DNA of 64,000 nucleotides, from NCBI GenBank assembly GCA_002245135.1, contig NGBS01000888.1, forward strand, positions 62,001 to 126,000, given 5' to 3'. Origin of the DNA: Proteromonas lacertae (lineage: Eukaryota). The notes below the pieces were generated by a model. That model ran no database searches. It had not been told where the DNA came from and saw nothing but the letters and a program-made list of their open reading frames with translations. A program made the translations under genes and the position numbers. Positions 28,150 through 41,640 of this stretch are shown here, piece after piece (positions within the stretch are counted from its first letter, which is position 1; each line of letters opens with the position of its first letter).

Positions 28150-29452
28150 TTAAGGTGTTGAAGATGATAATTTTTGCATTTTGGATATTTTTGAAGCAAT
28201 TTTCAAATATCTCTTCACATGAGGCTTTTCTGAGTTATCTTTAACTTGTCTAATTATTATTATATACAACTATATACAAATAATTCATCATTCTAACATC
28301 ATTTTCTTGTAAAGCATGCTTCAATTTGTCATTTTCATAATCAACAAATACTTCATTTCTTCTATTTATATTAATATTTATAACTATAAACAATACAGAT
28401 CTTCATATTCTGACTCATCAAGAAAATTGCAATGATGAAACAATGATAATCTTCTTAATTGCATTATTTTGTATGAATAATCTCTCGAAGATGATTGAAT
28501 ATGCTTTTCTTTCTGATCAATAAAGAATCTCTTCAATCCTTCTCTTTCTTCTTCACTTATATACCCTTTTTCAACAAAAATTGATTTAGGTTGTGTTGAA
28601 TCTGGAATTTCATTCTCATTATTTGTAGAATAATGGTGATGGTGATTATGATGTAAATATCTTCTCATTTTTATTTCATCATTTTCTTCTTTTCTTATTC
28701 CATTATATTCTTGGTGTAATGCATCACTTCTATATATATATATAACATTAAATATAATAATAATAATTATTATTATACACAAATTTTGGAACACCAACAC
28801 TCACTGGCATATATCTAGCAGGTAAACTATCATTTCCAGTTTTTAGCCTTTCATAATATTTTGTATAATCATCAAATAATACATCATATTGAGCTCTTTT
28901 TGCTTCTAATAATCTTAATAAATATTCACTTGATTCATATAAAGTGTTATCAGTTCTATAAAACAAATAATTGATATATATTATTACTTTTCTAAATCTT
29001 CTGTTGTTACATTTATTGCTGCTTCTATAACAGATATCCATCTTTCAAATTGTACAACTGTAGGAGCTCTAAATATATATGAAAATTCTGTATTAGGGAT
29101 TCCCAGTTCAAAGCATTTACCATAGTTCTTTTTACTCTTTGAATTATAAACTGAAAAATTCACTCGCTCTGACACTAATGTTATTGCACCACGCTCTTTA
29201 TGACCTATTATTCCTATTGGTGTTTCATGCTACATAATACTTAGAATAAAGAAAATGTACATTATCTTTGAACCATCTCATTTCATAATATGTTTTGATT
29301 GGACTGTCTGAGGTACACTCCTTTGTACATTTATAACTACATTTATGTTAAAGTTTCATATACACCATGCAATACCTCTTGTCCCAGCTTTTCCAAAACA
29401 CCATATTACTTTGACGTTCTAACCAACCTTCGAATATAACTGGAGGAGACAT
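28150..29452 (-). CDS. PH-domain protein
   Basis: IFEGWLERQS..KSWDKRYC..YIFRAPTVVQFERWISVI. Confidence 0.8.
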
Positions 29453-29588
29453 TTTTCTCTCTAATTATTAAAGCAGTTTGAATTTTAAAAAAATGTCAAT
29501 TATATGTAATATTTACCAAACATAGTTCGACTGTTTATTTTTTATAAATTTGTTTTTTGAAATAAATAGAAAGGAAGGTGTGATATAA

Positions 29589-31497
29589 ATGTTTGCAAGA
29601 ACACCAAGAACCCCTTTCAGACAAGACTTAAAAGATAATACTGGTCTATCAATAATTGATACTTGGACAACTAACTATAAAGAAGAAGGTAATAGCCTTC
29701 GATTAGCATATAATCATGGAATACCATCTATACAGTGTATAGATGTTTATTTATATTTGTTTAGCTATCTACAAAAGAGAAGCAGGTGGGCCAGAATATG
29801 ACGTGAAATTAGATTTTATAAGTACTCATCCTTCTTCTCCATCACCTCGATTTCATAAACCTAGAGAACCGCCTCCATTTATTAAGAAGGGAATTCCAGG
29901 TCCAGCAGATTATCATCCTATTGAAAGATCGACATCACCTGGATTTACATTTAATTGGGATGATATATCAAAACATGGACCAGATCACTACGCTGAAGAT
30001 CCAGGTCCAGCTAATTATAAACCAAATGCAAACTTTCATCCAATAGGAAAAGCTTATGAATTTCATCACCCATCTCCAAGATTTCAAAAAATTTCATTAA
30101 TAGATCCAGTAAGAAACAGAGGCCCAGGTGCTTATGTAAAAGTAGAAATGGAAGCTAAAACAATAACTCATTTTCCACTATCACATACTAAAAGAGATTG
30201 TTGTCAACCTTCATTTTATAAGAATAAAGGAACATTTAAATATAATACAAAAACAGATTTTGTAGAAAGAAACAAAGAAAATAATGTAGTTTTAACATCT
30301 GAAACAAAACTACAGACAATCGAAATAAAGAGTCAAATAAAAGAAGAAAGAATGGAAAAAGCCAAAATTAGAGCTGAAGAAGCATATAAAGAAAAATTAG
30401 AAAGATATCATCAGTATCAAGAAAAATTGAACTTTAAAAAGAGAAGAGAATTGAATTTTAAATTCAAATCAAAATGGTATAGATATTTATCTCATCCAAT
30501 ACTTTTGAATAATTTAAGATATATTTTAGTTACAGAGTGTAAACAAAGAGAAATGGATTATAAATTAAATGAAATTGTTAAAAAGAGAGCTATTATAATG
30601 GGATTTATACATAATATATATCTTTTTGTTTAATCTAATAGAAATTTGTTTTCATTAACATTTTATAAGATATTAATGAGAAGAATTCGTAAAATTCAGA
30701 ACTTTTTGATTAAGAGACATAGGTATAGATGTAGAAAAAGACTAGAAAGAAACGCATTAATAATAAAACCATTTGTTATGCAAGTAATCTTGAAGAATAA
30801 TATAAAATTAATACATATAAAAATGGAAGTATTAAGAAAATGGCTTTCTAGATGGATTTACTGTAAAAGAGAATGTTTTAAGTTATTTGAAGATTTAGGT
30901 GTATATTTGAATTCAATGAATAAAGAGAAAATAACCAAAAAAATTCTTAAAAAATATGAAGGGAAGAAAAAGCCAATGTTTAATTATATGGGAGAAAAAA
31001 TAGCATCAAATCCCAAAAAGAAGAAGAAAATAAAATTGAATATAACAGAAGAAAAGGTGTTTGAAATATCACATAAAATATATGATAATTTAAAAGAGCA
31101 AAATAAATATTCACAGATAATCAAAAGAAAAAATTCTGAAAAGAAATATACCATATACAGAATGGGAACATTTCATCCAAAAGTTGAATTATATTTATCC
31201 GAATTCTATGATGCTTATTTTGCTGACTATAAAGAATACAAACGAAAAGAAGCTGAAGAAGAAGAAGCAAATAGACCCAAACCCAAACCACCACCTTCCC
31301 AACCATCATCAAGAAGAACTTCACAGATTAGTGATGGAAATAGAAAAAGTAGAATATCAATTTTGAGAAGGAAATCTAGAATATCAACAGCATCTAAAAG
31401 AAATTCTGAAATTGTGAGTGATAAAATACCTGAAACTATTCAAGAAGAAGAATCAATTAAGGATGATAATAATAGTAATAAGATAGTTGAAGTATGA
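29589..31497 (+). CDS. SHIPPO/ODF3-like PGP-repeat protein with basic, IQ-like C-terminal region
   Basis: PGPADY, PGPANY and GPGAY repeats; IRKIQNFLIKR IQ-like segment. Confidence 0.65.
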
Positions 31498-31549
31498 GAT
31501 AGATAAGTATATTTAAATATTTATTGATAAATTTTAGTTTTAATATTTT

Positions 31550-32006
31550 GAATTGTATTGATATTTCTTTATTTACATACATTTCCATTCTATGCATATC
31601 ATTTTCGGTTTTAATTTCGGATATATACGTAAAAGGAATAGATATTGAAGGTATCACTACTATTGAACGAGATTTACAACTTATCAAATCCATTAAATGA
31701 GTTTCTGCTATTGACTCCAGAGTAGATCTATCACAATACAAATCACTACTATCTAGAATCTATTCAAATGTTATATATTTTATTATACGATTGGATTTCG
31801 AAGTGATCGACTTTAATAATATGTATATCTGATTTTGAATAAGATTTTAAATAACACTATTAAATCATAATATTCATTATACAGTATAAGAAAGACAATA
31901 TAAACAACACAAAAAAGACGTACAATTCTTCAGGTGTAATATATTTGGGTAAAACATCTATACTTATTAAGTTTTTATGACTTGAAACTCCGAAATCAAA
32001 GTTCAT
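31550..32006 (-). pseudogene. 3'-truncated copy of the RING-finger gene at 36238/53254
   Basis: Matches up to EISIQF, then diverges into unrelated sequence. RING domain absent. Confidence 0.75.
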
Positions 32007-32405
32007 TCGTTATAAAAATCAAAATTTAATATCAAACTATGTTTGAACTTTCTGAAACGATATAATTTGTTTTATTCTTATAACTCAGCCATTCTTTATC
32101 AAACACATTATATTATCATCATTAACAAATACACAAACATTAACATCAACAAAACTTAATATTTTACTTACTTTTATAATAATTACCCCATTTACCACTG
32201 TTTTTACTATACCAATCCATTGGATAAATTGCTTTATATTCACATTCACCAATACAACAATAAAACTCATAGGGAGTTAAAACTGGTTTGGAAAAGCCAG
32301 TTCCCCAATCTATACACAACCTTGGACAAGCTATTTCTATCCAATAATCAACATCATCAAATAATGTCAACTAGATATTATACACATAATAGAATATATA
32401 TATAT
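31550..32405. repeat. 856-bp segment repeated directly at 52798-53653 and inverted at 35887-36694
   Basis: Constant offset 21248 to the right-hand copy, with only a few substitutions seen. Confidence 0.92.
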
Positions 32406-33450
32406 ATTTATTTATTTATACTTTTGAAGGAAATATTTCTGATAATAAAATGATAAAATAGTCTTTATTGTGATTTTTTAATAATTCTTCTATTCTTTTT
32501 AATACAGAGGGATTTCCCTATTTATATATTATATATATTTTTTATATATATATTTACTTGTTTTCCTAATGTGCCTACTACTATTCCCACTTTATTACAT
32601 TTGTTAGCTTTCATTATCATTTTATATCTTGTATCTAACATCAATTCATGATTATATTCTTCTACTGTAAAAGATTTACTATTGCAATAATATTAAAACT
32701 ATTGAATATACTCATATGGATTATATCTATAAGATTTGGCATGTGGATTCTGTATAATTGCAGATTCTATATGAAATCTACCATCACTAACAAATATAAG
32801 AGTATTATATTCATTTAATTGTGGAGATGTACAGCCTAACACTTCACCACCACTTAATGGCTTTTCTTGAGGTATAATTATATTTGAATATTTATCTTTC
32901 AATATATTTAAGGCTTCATTTATTGATTTTGTGAATTGAACTGTACTTAATAAACAGATTTTGTTGTTTGTTGGAATATTCTTTTCGATTGTTTTTACTA
33001 AATGATCAACATCTATTTTTATTCTTACAAATACATATAATGTTTTTATTGACATATATTGAACTGGAACTAAACAGCTATGTCCATAATGAACTAACAA
33101 ATCACAACCACAGTTTTTACTTGTATAATCATCAACACAACAAGCACCATATGTTACATCACCTAAAATTACTGTTGAATATTTGGTAAAATGTGTTAAT
33201 ATATCACTAATAACACATGAATATCTATTTATTGTTATATAAAAAAATACATTATAAGACCTTCTGGAAACTGAAGACCTACACATTTGTATTTATTTTT
33301 AAGTATTGTATGTATGGTTTTAGGAATTTCAAAATCATAATTTGAAGGTAATTTCTCTAATGCTTTGTTCAAATTGTCATTATCAACAATAAAGTTAGGT
33401 ATTCTGTTCGATATCGTCTGAACTACTCTTTTCTGAGTGGATTTTTCTTA
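32164..33450 (-). CDS. DPH1: Diphthamide biosynthesis protein 1 (full-length copy; exact start unresolved)
   Basis: [66 protein letters not shown]. Confidence 0.93.
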
Positions 33451-33623
33451 AATCATATATTCACATTATAATATGCTCATAATCACATTACTAAACTAGA
33501 ATATAATAATAGTATTGTATTTATGTTTATATATCAACAATAGAATCACATTTTAATTTTTGGGTTATTCAAAATTTTGATAAAAATCCAATTTCGTTAT
33601 TTTTGTTATATATTTACATAAAG

Positions 33624-35747
33624 ATGATAAGAAAAGTGAATAAAGAAATAAGAGAAGAGGGGTATATTTTATATTTATTTTTATGATAGATTATGCAGAT
33701 TATTGGTCGAAAGTGGTTTTGGTGATATGGAAGTGAAGATTGGAGATAATCGAATAATGTCAATCAAATCAATTTTAGTGAATGGAAATGGAACTTTGAG
33801 GAAAATCCTGTTAGATCCTCAGTTTGTTGGAGTTTTAGAGTTATATGAAGAAATCGAAGAAATTGGCTATTATGAGATGGAGAAATACTACAGTGGTGGT
33901 GAACTGATAATGTGTAAAGAGAATGTGTGTGAAGTGTTGATGTTTTGTTTATGTTATTGTGAAAAAGAGATAATAAATGATTGTTATGAATTTGTGAAGA
34001 ATAATATAGATGATGAAGTATTAATGAAATTAATTCATATCTGTAATGTATTTGGTGGATGTTTGAGAGAGATAGAAGACTTGAAAAATATGGAAATAGA
34101 AAAGCGAGGATATAAATATTTATATAATAATGAATATTTGTTGAGATTAGAAATGAATAATTTGATTGAGATATTAAATATGAAAGATGTGATAATAGTG
34201 AATGAGTTATGGTTATTAAATCGCTTATTGGAATGGTATAAATTCCAAAAGAATGAGAAAGATAATAAAGAGATAGAAGATGATTTTAAACAATTGATAG
34301 AAGAAGATATCGATTATGAAAAGATAAAAGAGAATGAGATAGAAAAAGAGAATAAAGAAATGTTGAAAGAAATGAAAATAGAGTTAAAGAAAAATGAATG
34401 TAAAAATCATATAGAAATATATTTAATAAAAGATGAGAGAATTCAAAATGTAATAATCAACAATTACAATGAAGATAATAAAGAAGAAGTATTTAATGAA
34501 GAAGAAAGAGGAATATTGGATAGAATGAAAGAAGAAGAGTTAAATGATGTAATATTGTCATTATTTAACATGAATAATATAAAAATGATAGAAATCGCAT
34601 CAATGATAATGAATTACAAAAATGAGAAAATCGAAAGTATAAATACTAAAAATATATTTAAATAGAATATATCTCAAATATCGAAAAGAGAACTATGTTA
34701 AGTAAAATATGTATAGAATATAATGAGAATAAAAGAAATCGAACAATGAAGTGTTTATGTTTATTTATTGAAAATATGAAAAACATCAAAACTATTCAAA
34801 ATCATTGTGAAAAAGAAATTTTCTTTAGAATATTGAATGAAGATAATTATTTAAATTCCAAATCAAAAGAATTGTTAATCGAATATATTCAAGATATGAA
34901 ACTGAGTTTAGAAGAAGAAGAAGAAATGAGTGAAATAATCAATGATAAAGAGTTATTGAATGAATTAAAAACAAAAGAAATCACATCATTTTCATATCCT
35001 CAATCAGAATATTCATTTATATTAGATGAAGAAATGTCAATAATTCCTTCATTTGATGGAAATCGATGTGATTTTTCAATTAATCCTTCCTTACAATATG
35101 GAATAATATTAGATAAAAAAAGTGGAATAATTCATGGAAAAGTATATAAAGAAATTGAAAATAGAGAATATGAAATAACCTGTAAGAATATTGTAAGTGA
35201 AAAGAAAATCAAAAAAACATTAGAATTTGTGGATGTGAAATTTGAAGAGTTAAACAAAAGTAAAAAAATATCAATATCAAATAATGGGAAATTAATTACA
35301 AACACAAACGGTGGTAGCAGTCATTGTTATTTGAATTTGAAAATGGAAAGCGGAGTTTATTATATCAAATATAAATTTCATAAAAATGGAAGTTGTGATG
35401 ATGAAATGATGTTAGGATTATCAACTGATAATACATATTCTGGTTATCATATTTGTGATAAATCAGCAACATGTAATTATGCTGCTTCGAATAAAAAAAG
35501 TCAAGATATAACTGATGATTGTCATATTGGAAGAATTGTTAAAAATAATCCAAATTTTAAAAATCATGGAAATGGTTCAATTTATGAAGTAATTGTTGAT
35601 ATGAATAAAAGAGAATTCAAGATTAAACATAACAATTCACATTACTATTTACTTGTTAAAGATTTACCATCTCCATTATATACATATGCTATATTAGGAG
35701 GAATTTACACTTCAATTGAATTATTATCAGTATCTCATCAAAACTAA
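33624..35747 (+). CDS. BTB-like + putative Ig-like + SPRY/B30.2 protein
   Basis: GFGDMEVKIG BTB-like start, FSINPSLQYGIILDKKSGIIHG Ig-like motif, C-terminal SPRY-like region (YEVIVDMNKREF, PLYTY). One-nt A-run frameshift near 34662. Confidence 0.6.
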
Positions 35748-35886
35748 ATAGCATTTTGATATGATTGACATTAAATATCTTCTATATACTCTACTTATTC
35801 ATTTTTTATAATTAAATTCGATAATATATTTTTTTAAATGTTTTATATATTAAATTTACATGACTATCATAATGGATATCTATTCA

Positions 35887-36080
35887 ATGATGTTGATTAT
35901 TGGATAGAAATAGCTTGTCCAAGGTTGTGTATAGATTGGGGAACTGGCTTTTCCAAACCAGTTTTAACTCCCTATGAGTTTTATTGTTGTATTGGTGAAT
36001 GTGAATATAAAGCAATTTATCCAATGGATTGGTATAGTAAAAACAGTGGTAAATGGGGTAATTATTATAAAAGTAAATAA
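35887..36080 (+). pseudogene. DPH1: Orphan DPH1 last-exon fragment
   Basis: [18 protein letters not shown] with no upstream DPH1 exons. Confidence 0.88.
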
Positions 36081-36237
36081 AATATTAAGTTTTGTTGATG
36101 TTAATGTTTGTGTATTTGTTAATGATGATAATATAATGTGTTTGATAAAGAATGGCTGAGTTATAAGAATAAAACAAATTATATCGTTTCAGAAAGTTCA
36201 AACATAGTTTGATATTAAATTTTGATTTTTATAACGA

Positions 36238-37398
36238 ATGAACTTTGATTTCGGAGTTTCAAGTCATAAAAACTTAATAAGTATAGATGTTTTACCCAAA
36301 TATATTACACCTGAAGAATTGTACGTCTTTTTTGTGTTGTTTATATTGTCTTTCTTATACTGTATAATGAATATTATGATTTAATAGTGTTATTTAAAAT
36401 CTTATTCAAAATCAGATATACATATTATTTAAGTCGATCACTTCGAAATCCAATCGTATAATAAAATATATAACATTTGAATAGATTCTAGATAGTAGTG
36501 ATTTGTATTGTGATAGATCTACTCTGGAGTCAATAGCAGAAACTCATTTAATGGATTTGATAAGTTGTAAATCTCGTTCAATAGTAGTGATACCTTCAAT
36601 ATCTATTCCTTTTACGTATATATCCGAAATCAAAACCGAAAATGATATGCATAGAATGGAAATGTATGTAAATAAAGAAATATCAATACAATTCTTTTAT
36701 GGAGTTGAATTTAAGAATGTTACTCATTATATTGATAGAAATGAAAGAGTAAATGTAATAAAATCAGTATTGAAACCATTGAATGGATATACTGATGAAG
36801 AAATATTATTACCATTAATATGAAGAAGATAATTATAAAGACAATCCGAATATCTCAAAGAGAAATAGGTGGAATGGAAGTAATACCATTGGGTGTAGTA
36901 AATGAAGAAAATTCTCAATCTAATAATAATAATAATAATCATAGTAATAGTAGGATGTTGATTAATACAAGAGATGTATTTAATATAAATGTAACTGATC
37001 CATTGTGTAATAGTCATTCTACTTCTCCATTATTGACTAATTCACTGAGTGTAATTGATAGTAATAATGATAAAGTCCAATCATCTGAAAATAATAATGT
37101 TACATCAAGAACAACAGTAGGAAATATAAATACAACTGAAATAACACCTCCAATAATAATGACAACTACTGAAAGTAAAACTGAAACTAGAACAATAGTT
37201 GAACCAATAGTAACAAAGAGTGAAGAAAAGAGAAGTAGTAAAACAGAGAAAGATGATGATTGTATAATTTGTTTGACAAATAAAGTAAATACAATATTTG
37301 TAGGTTGTAGACATAAAATCATCTGTGATGAATGTATAAAAGAAGTAGATAAATGTCCAGTTTGTCGAAGTATGAATGAAGCATATTTAGTTATATGA
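36238..37398 (+). CDS. C-terminal C3HC4 RING protein (IAP/MGRN1-type RING)
   Basis: CIICLTNKVNTIFVGCRHKIICDECIKEVDKCPVCR. Frame break at ATGA 36820-36823. 5' exons uncertain. Confidence 0.7.
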
Positions 37399-37932
37399 TT
37401 ATTTATTAATATTTTTGTAATGAAACAATATTCAAACAATTACAAATGTGTAATTTATGTAATTCTATATATAATCATGTTCTTTTGAAAAGTCAAAAAT
37501 GAAACGACTAAATATTTTGAAACAAAATTGTTTTTCTTGATTTCTAAGCAAATAAAATGATATAATTAATCTTACCATGATTACTCAAAGATATGAAATA
37601 ATTTATTGGAATAGACGAAATAAACAGAAGAAATGAGTAGAAATGAAGTAGGTTTATAATTGCATCAACAATATGCGGAAGTATATCATGGATGTTGGAA
37701 AAATTTAAAATATGGGTAATTAAACAAGAAAAGAAGAAAAAGAATATTCAATAACTGAAACGACTCAATTTTCAAAAATGTTAATTTCACCCAAATTTCA
37801 TTGTATGGAAGAGTTATTGAAATATCACATACTGAAATTGGAAGTATTATTATTTAATATATCGGATAGATAAAAGAGCGGGTAGTAAAGAGTGATACTG
37901 AAGTAGATTTTGAAGCAAAATATATAAAAGAT

Positions 37933-39597
37933 ATGAAGAAGATGAAACTACTTACTATTAATGAGATACTAGAGAAGAAGATGTTAAAATACTGTGAAAA
38001 CAACAATAATATGATGGATTATTGTTCATCTTCTATTTATCCGTTTCAAACACAAATTATAGCAAATATCATAATATTAAGTGAATATGGCTCATCAAAT
38101 AGTAATTTGAAGCTTTATAATATAATGCGTGAAAGAGATGACAACATCTATAATAAATCGAAAATATATAGTTTCTACTTAAATGTATTGAAGAAAAAAA
38201 TGATAAAAATGAGTAAAATAGCAAAAGGTTCAGATCATAATCTAATGAAATATAATGAAAGAAAAGAAACATTGCATAATATTGATTATAGTATTGTTAG
38301 ATTTCCAATAGTTTATCCATCCCAATATTATCTCCAAAGTTATAAATATGATGAAAATCGAGATGCTTTAGTTGAATCATACAACAATGAACCAAACGAA
38401 AGAATATTATCAATATTATTGATGATGAAATTGTATAAAGAAGATGAATCTATAAAAGACAAACTAAAGTTTCAAAAATATCATAAATGCAGATATGGAG
38501 AATGTTATTTGGATGAAATGATATTCAATGTTAATGTATATAGAAGAGATAAGGAAAGAGTAAAAATAGATTCAAAATGTGTATGTTTATGCGAAGAAGG
38601 AATTAATTTCTGTTTAAGAATGCTAAAACTAATAAATCCAACAAAACTCAAATTTGGTATAAATATTCCACTCAAGTATGAAAAATTATTTTTCTCATAT
38701 TTTACTCAATTATTAAATCTTCGAGAATTAGATTTATCGCATTGTAATCTTACTTATCGTTTTGTTGAATCCTTTACAAAATCAATTCCATTAATGAAAT
38801 TGGAATATATTAACCTTGAAAGTATATATTGCTTATGCTATTATGAAATAGATAATCCAATTAGTTCAAAAGGGTTTAAATTAATATTACCATATCTACA
38901 TTTATTGATCAACAAAGAAAATAAACTAAACCTTTGTCAAATGAATTTAAATGATGAATCGATGATATTATTATCACAAGAATTATTAAAATATCCAAAA
39001 CTTAGAAGAATAGATATTAGATATAACCATAGTATTCATTCCAATGGATTAAAAACCTTATTTTCCAAATTTCCTATATCTAAAATAGTATTTGAATTAA
39101 ATGGAAATAATAAAGAATTACTGATTGATAAAGAAATTCCAGAATTACTCAAATATATCAATTATGGTCAATTGAATCTGAATAGTTTAGAAATGGATGA
39201 TGATTTTTTTAAATCCTTCATTTCTATTAGGTTTAATGAATTTAGAGAAATATGGAAGATTGATTTGAGCAGTATAACATAATATGTTATATATTGTTAG
39301 ATAATAAACTTACATATGAAAGTATAGAAATATTGATTAATAATTTATTATCATTAACATATCTTGAAGAGGTTCTTTTAAGTGGAAATGAGATAGGAGA
39401 TGATGGAATGAAAATATTATCTCCATATTTGTATTTATTAAAAGATGATAAAAATAGAATAGATTGTTCTAGTATATTAATTATATTTAATTATAATAGA
39501 AATGGGGTTATCTATAATTGGATTAAAATGTTTTGTGGATGGTTTAAAAAATATTAAGGAAAAGGTAAAACTCAATTTAAGTGATAATCATATATGA
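37933..39597 (+). CDS. Degenerate pseudokinase-remnant + RNI-like LRR protein (paralogue of 1-1716)
   Basis: Shares YNNEPNERILS, CYLDEMI and LKLINPTKLK with the gene at the window start. LRRs LRELDLSHCNL and LEEVLLSGNEIGDDG. Confidence 0.72.
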
Positions 39598-39855
39598 GGT
39601 AGAGAAGGGGATAGGACAAAAGGAGGATATAGTTCCAGAAGGAGTCTTTTCTGTAACCAGGAATATAATAATCTAAATTTATTGATATTGTTTTTTGAAA
39701 AAAATAATAAAAACATCAAAGCTGTACTCTGAAGTTTTTATTAGAGTTAATTATTTGCTGTCAATAATAAGAACATAGTATGAATAGATGCATTATGTAA
39801 TTATGTAATGTATAGTGAAAATAATAGACTAATGGAAGATATTAACATACATACA

Positions 39856-41389
39856 TTAATAATTAAAATAATTAAAATGTTCACATGAATATAAATACGA
39901 ATAGAATAGGGACTTATTATTGCTATTATCTGGAATTGGTAATAAATCTGAAAAAATTTCATCTTCTTCATCGGATAATAAAGTAACTTGTCTTGCGAAT
40001 GAATCATTATCATCAATTATGAATTCAAAATAAGGAAAATCATCTTCTGTTTTTGAACTAAGCTTTATTGTGTTTTCCTCTGCTATTGATTTTACACAAT
40101 TGTAACATATATATTCAGATTTTACTTTAAATTCTTTTGATATTACATTACTTGAAGATAATTCTGTTATTTCTGTTTGTGATTTAAACTCATTTACTTT
40201 CGCTTTCTTTGCTGGATTGTTTTGACAAATGTCATTATCTATTTTTCTTTTATTACTATTTCTATTTTCATTTAAACTTTCATTGTTTTTCTTTTTTAAA
40301 AATTCTTTATATCCGAGTGGAAGTTGCATTTCACTTAAATCTGGATATTCATCTATGTATAACTGATTCTCAAAGTAATATCTAATCTTATCTAAGTAGG
40401 AAAATTCTTCATATCTATAAAGAAGAATGAATAATGTTATTATATACTTTTGTTTCTTACAAGCTGACATATTATTCCATAATTTACCAATAGTCTTATT
40501 TATACTACTCTTATCTTTTAAATCGCCTGTATAATACTTTTTTATTATTTCTTCTCTTGAGTATTTTGCATATACATTAAATGCACATATTGGTGGAGAT
40601 ACTAATCCCTTAGTCATTGGCTTTGATTTATTCATTAAATAATTAGAATATTCTCGAATCACATTTGTTATGATAAATTCTTTTATAATTTTTTTTTCCA
40701 TTTTATATAAGGAATAAAAACAGCTTTCTATATTGTTTGAATTATTCTTGACAATCACATTATAACTGTTATTTTTCTCATCAAATATCTTATTGTTTAT
40801 TATTTCTATTATCTTTTTCGATTTGTTACTACTTCCTTCAATCTTGTTTATCATTGCTGACCATACTTTCCTTAATGACCATATATTACTTTTACTCTTA
40901 TTAATCTTTTTGTATGAAAAGTAATATAAATTTGATGATAAATCTTTAATCTTATATCCTTTTGATGAATCATATTTAACCTTATAAACATTGTATCCAT
41001 TAGATATTATTATTGTAAAACTAAACATATAATGTAGAGATTTTACTGAGTCAATGTAGAAATTAAGTTATACATTTCTGAACATAGCTTTCATAATTGA
41101 TATTCTTGCTAAGATACTCGAAATGAATAGATTCATTTGATATTAACAACGTATTCTCATTAGAATCTTTAACAATTGCAATAAACATCCCATTTTCACC
41201 TATTCCTATCGTTTTAAATTCATTTACAATAACCTAAACAATAATGCAATAATAATGTCTTCTATATACTCGTTCTTTAGGATCAATGTAAAAATCATTG
41301 TCAATAGTATGATTTCTATTTGAATCTGAGTACATAATTTGATAATCTACTGTTTGACCAATATTTACATTCAACAAAATTGAGCTCAT
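39856..41389 (-). CDS. HMG-box protein
   Basis: PPICAFNVYAKYSREEI..INKTIGKLWNNMSACKKQK|YEEFSYLDKIRY. Upstream exons start at ATG 41389. Confidence 0.78.
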
Positions 41390-41640
41390 GATGAAATCGA
41401 AAATTTAGCAAAAATTTAGCTGAGGCTAATTTTTTATGAAATTTTTATATAACGAATGAAAATTAATTTAGACCTTTCATATATTAAGAAGCTCGAGCCA
41501 AGTTTTACAATTGTTTTATCTAGACTGCTATTTTTGTTATTTGATAGTTCTATAGTATTAAAAGGCATACATCTTCTTAAGTATATCTCATTATGGTAAT
41601 TTGGATAGAAACTAACATCTTATTTTAACATTTTTACAGA

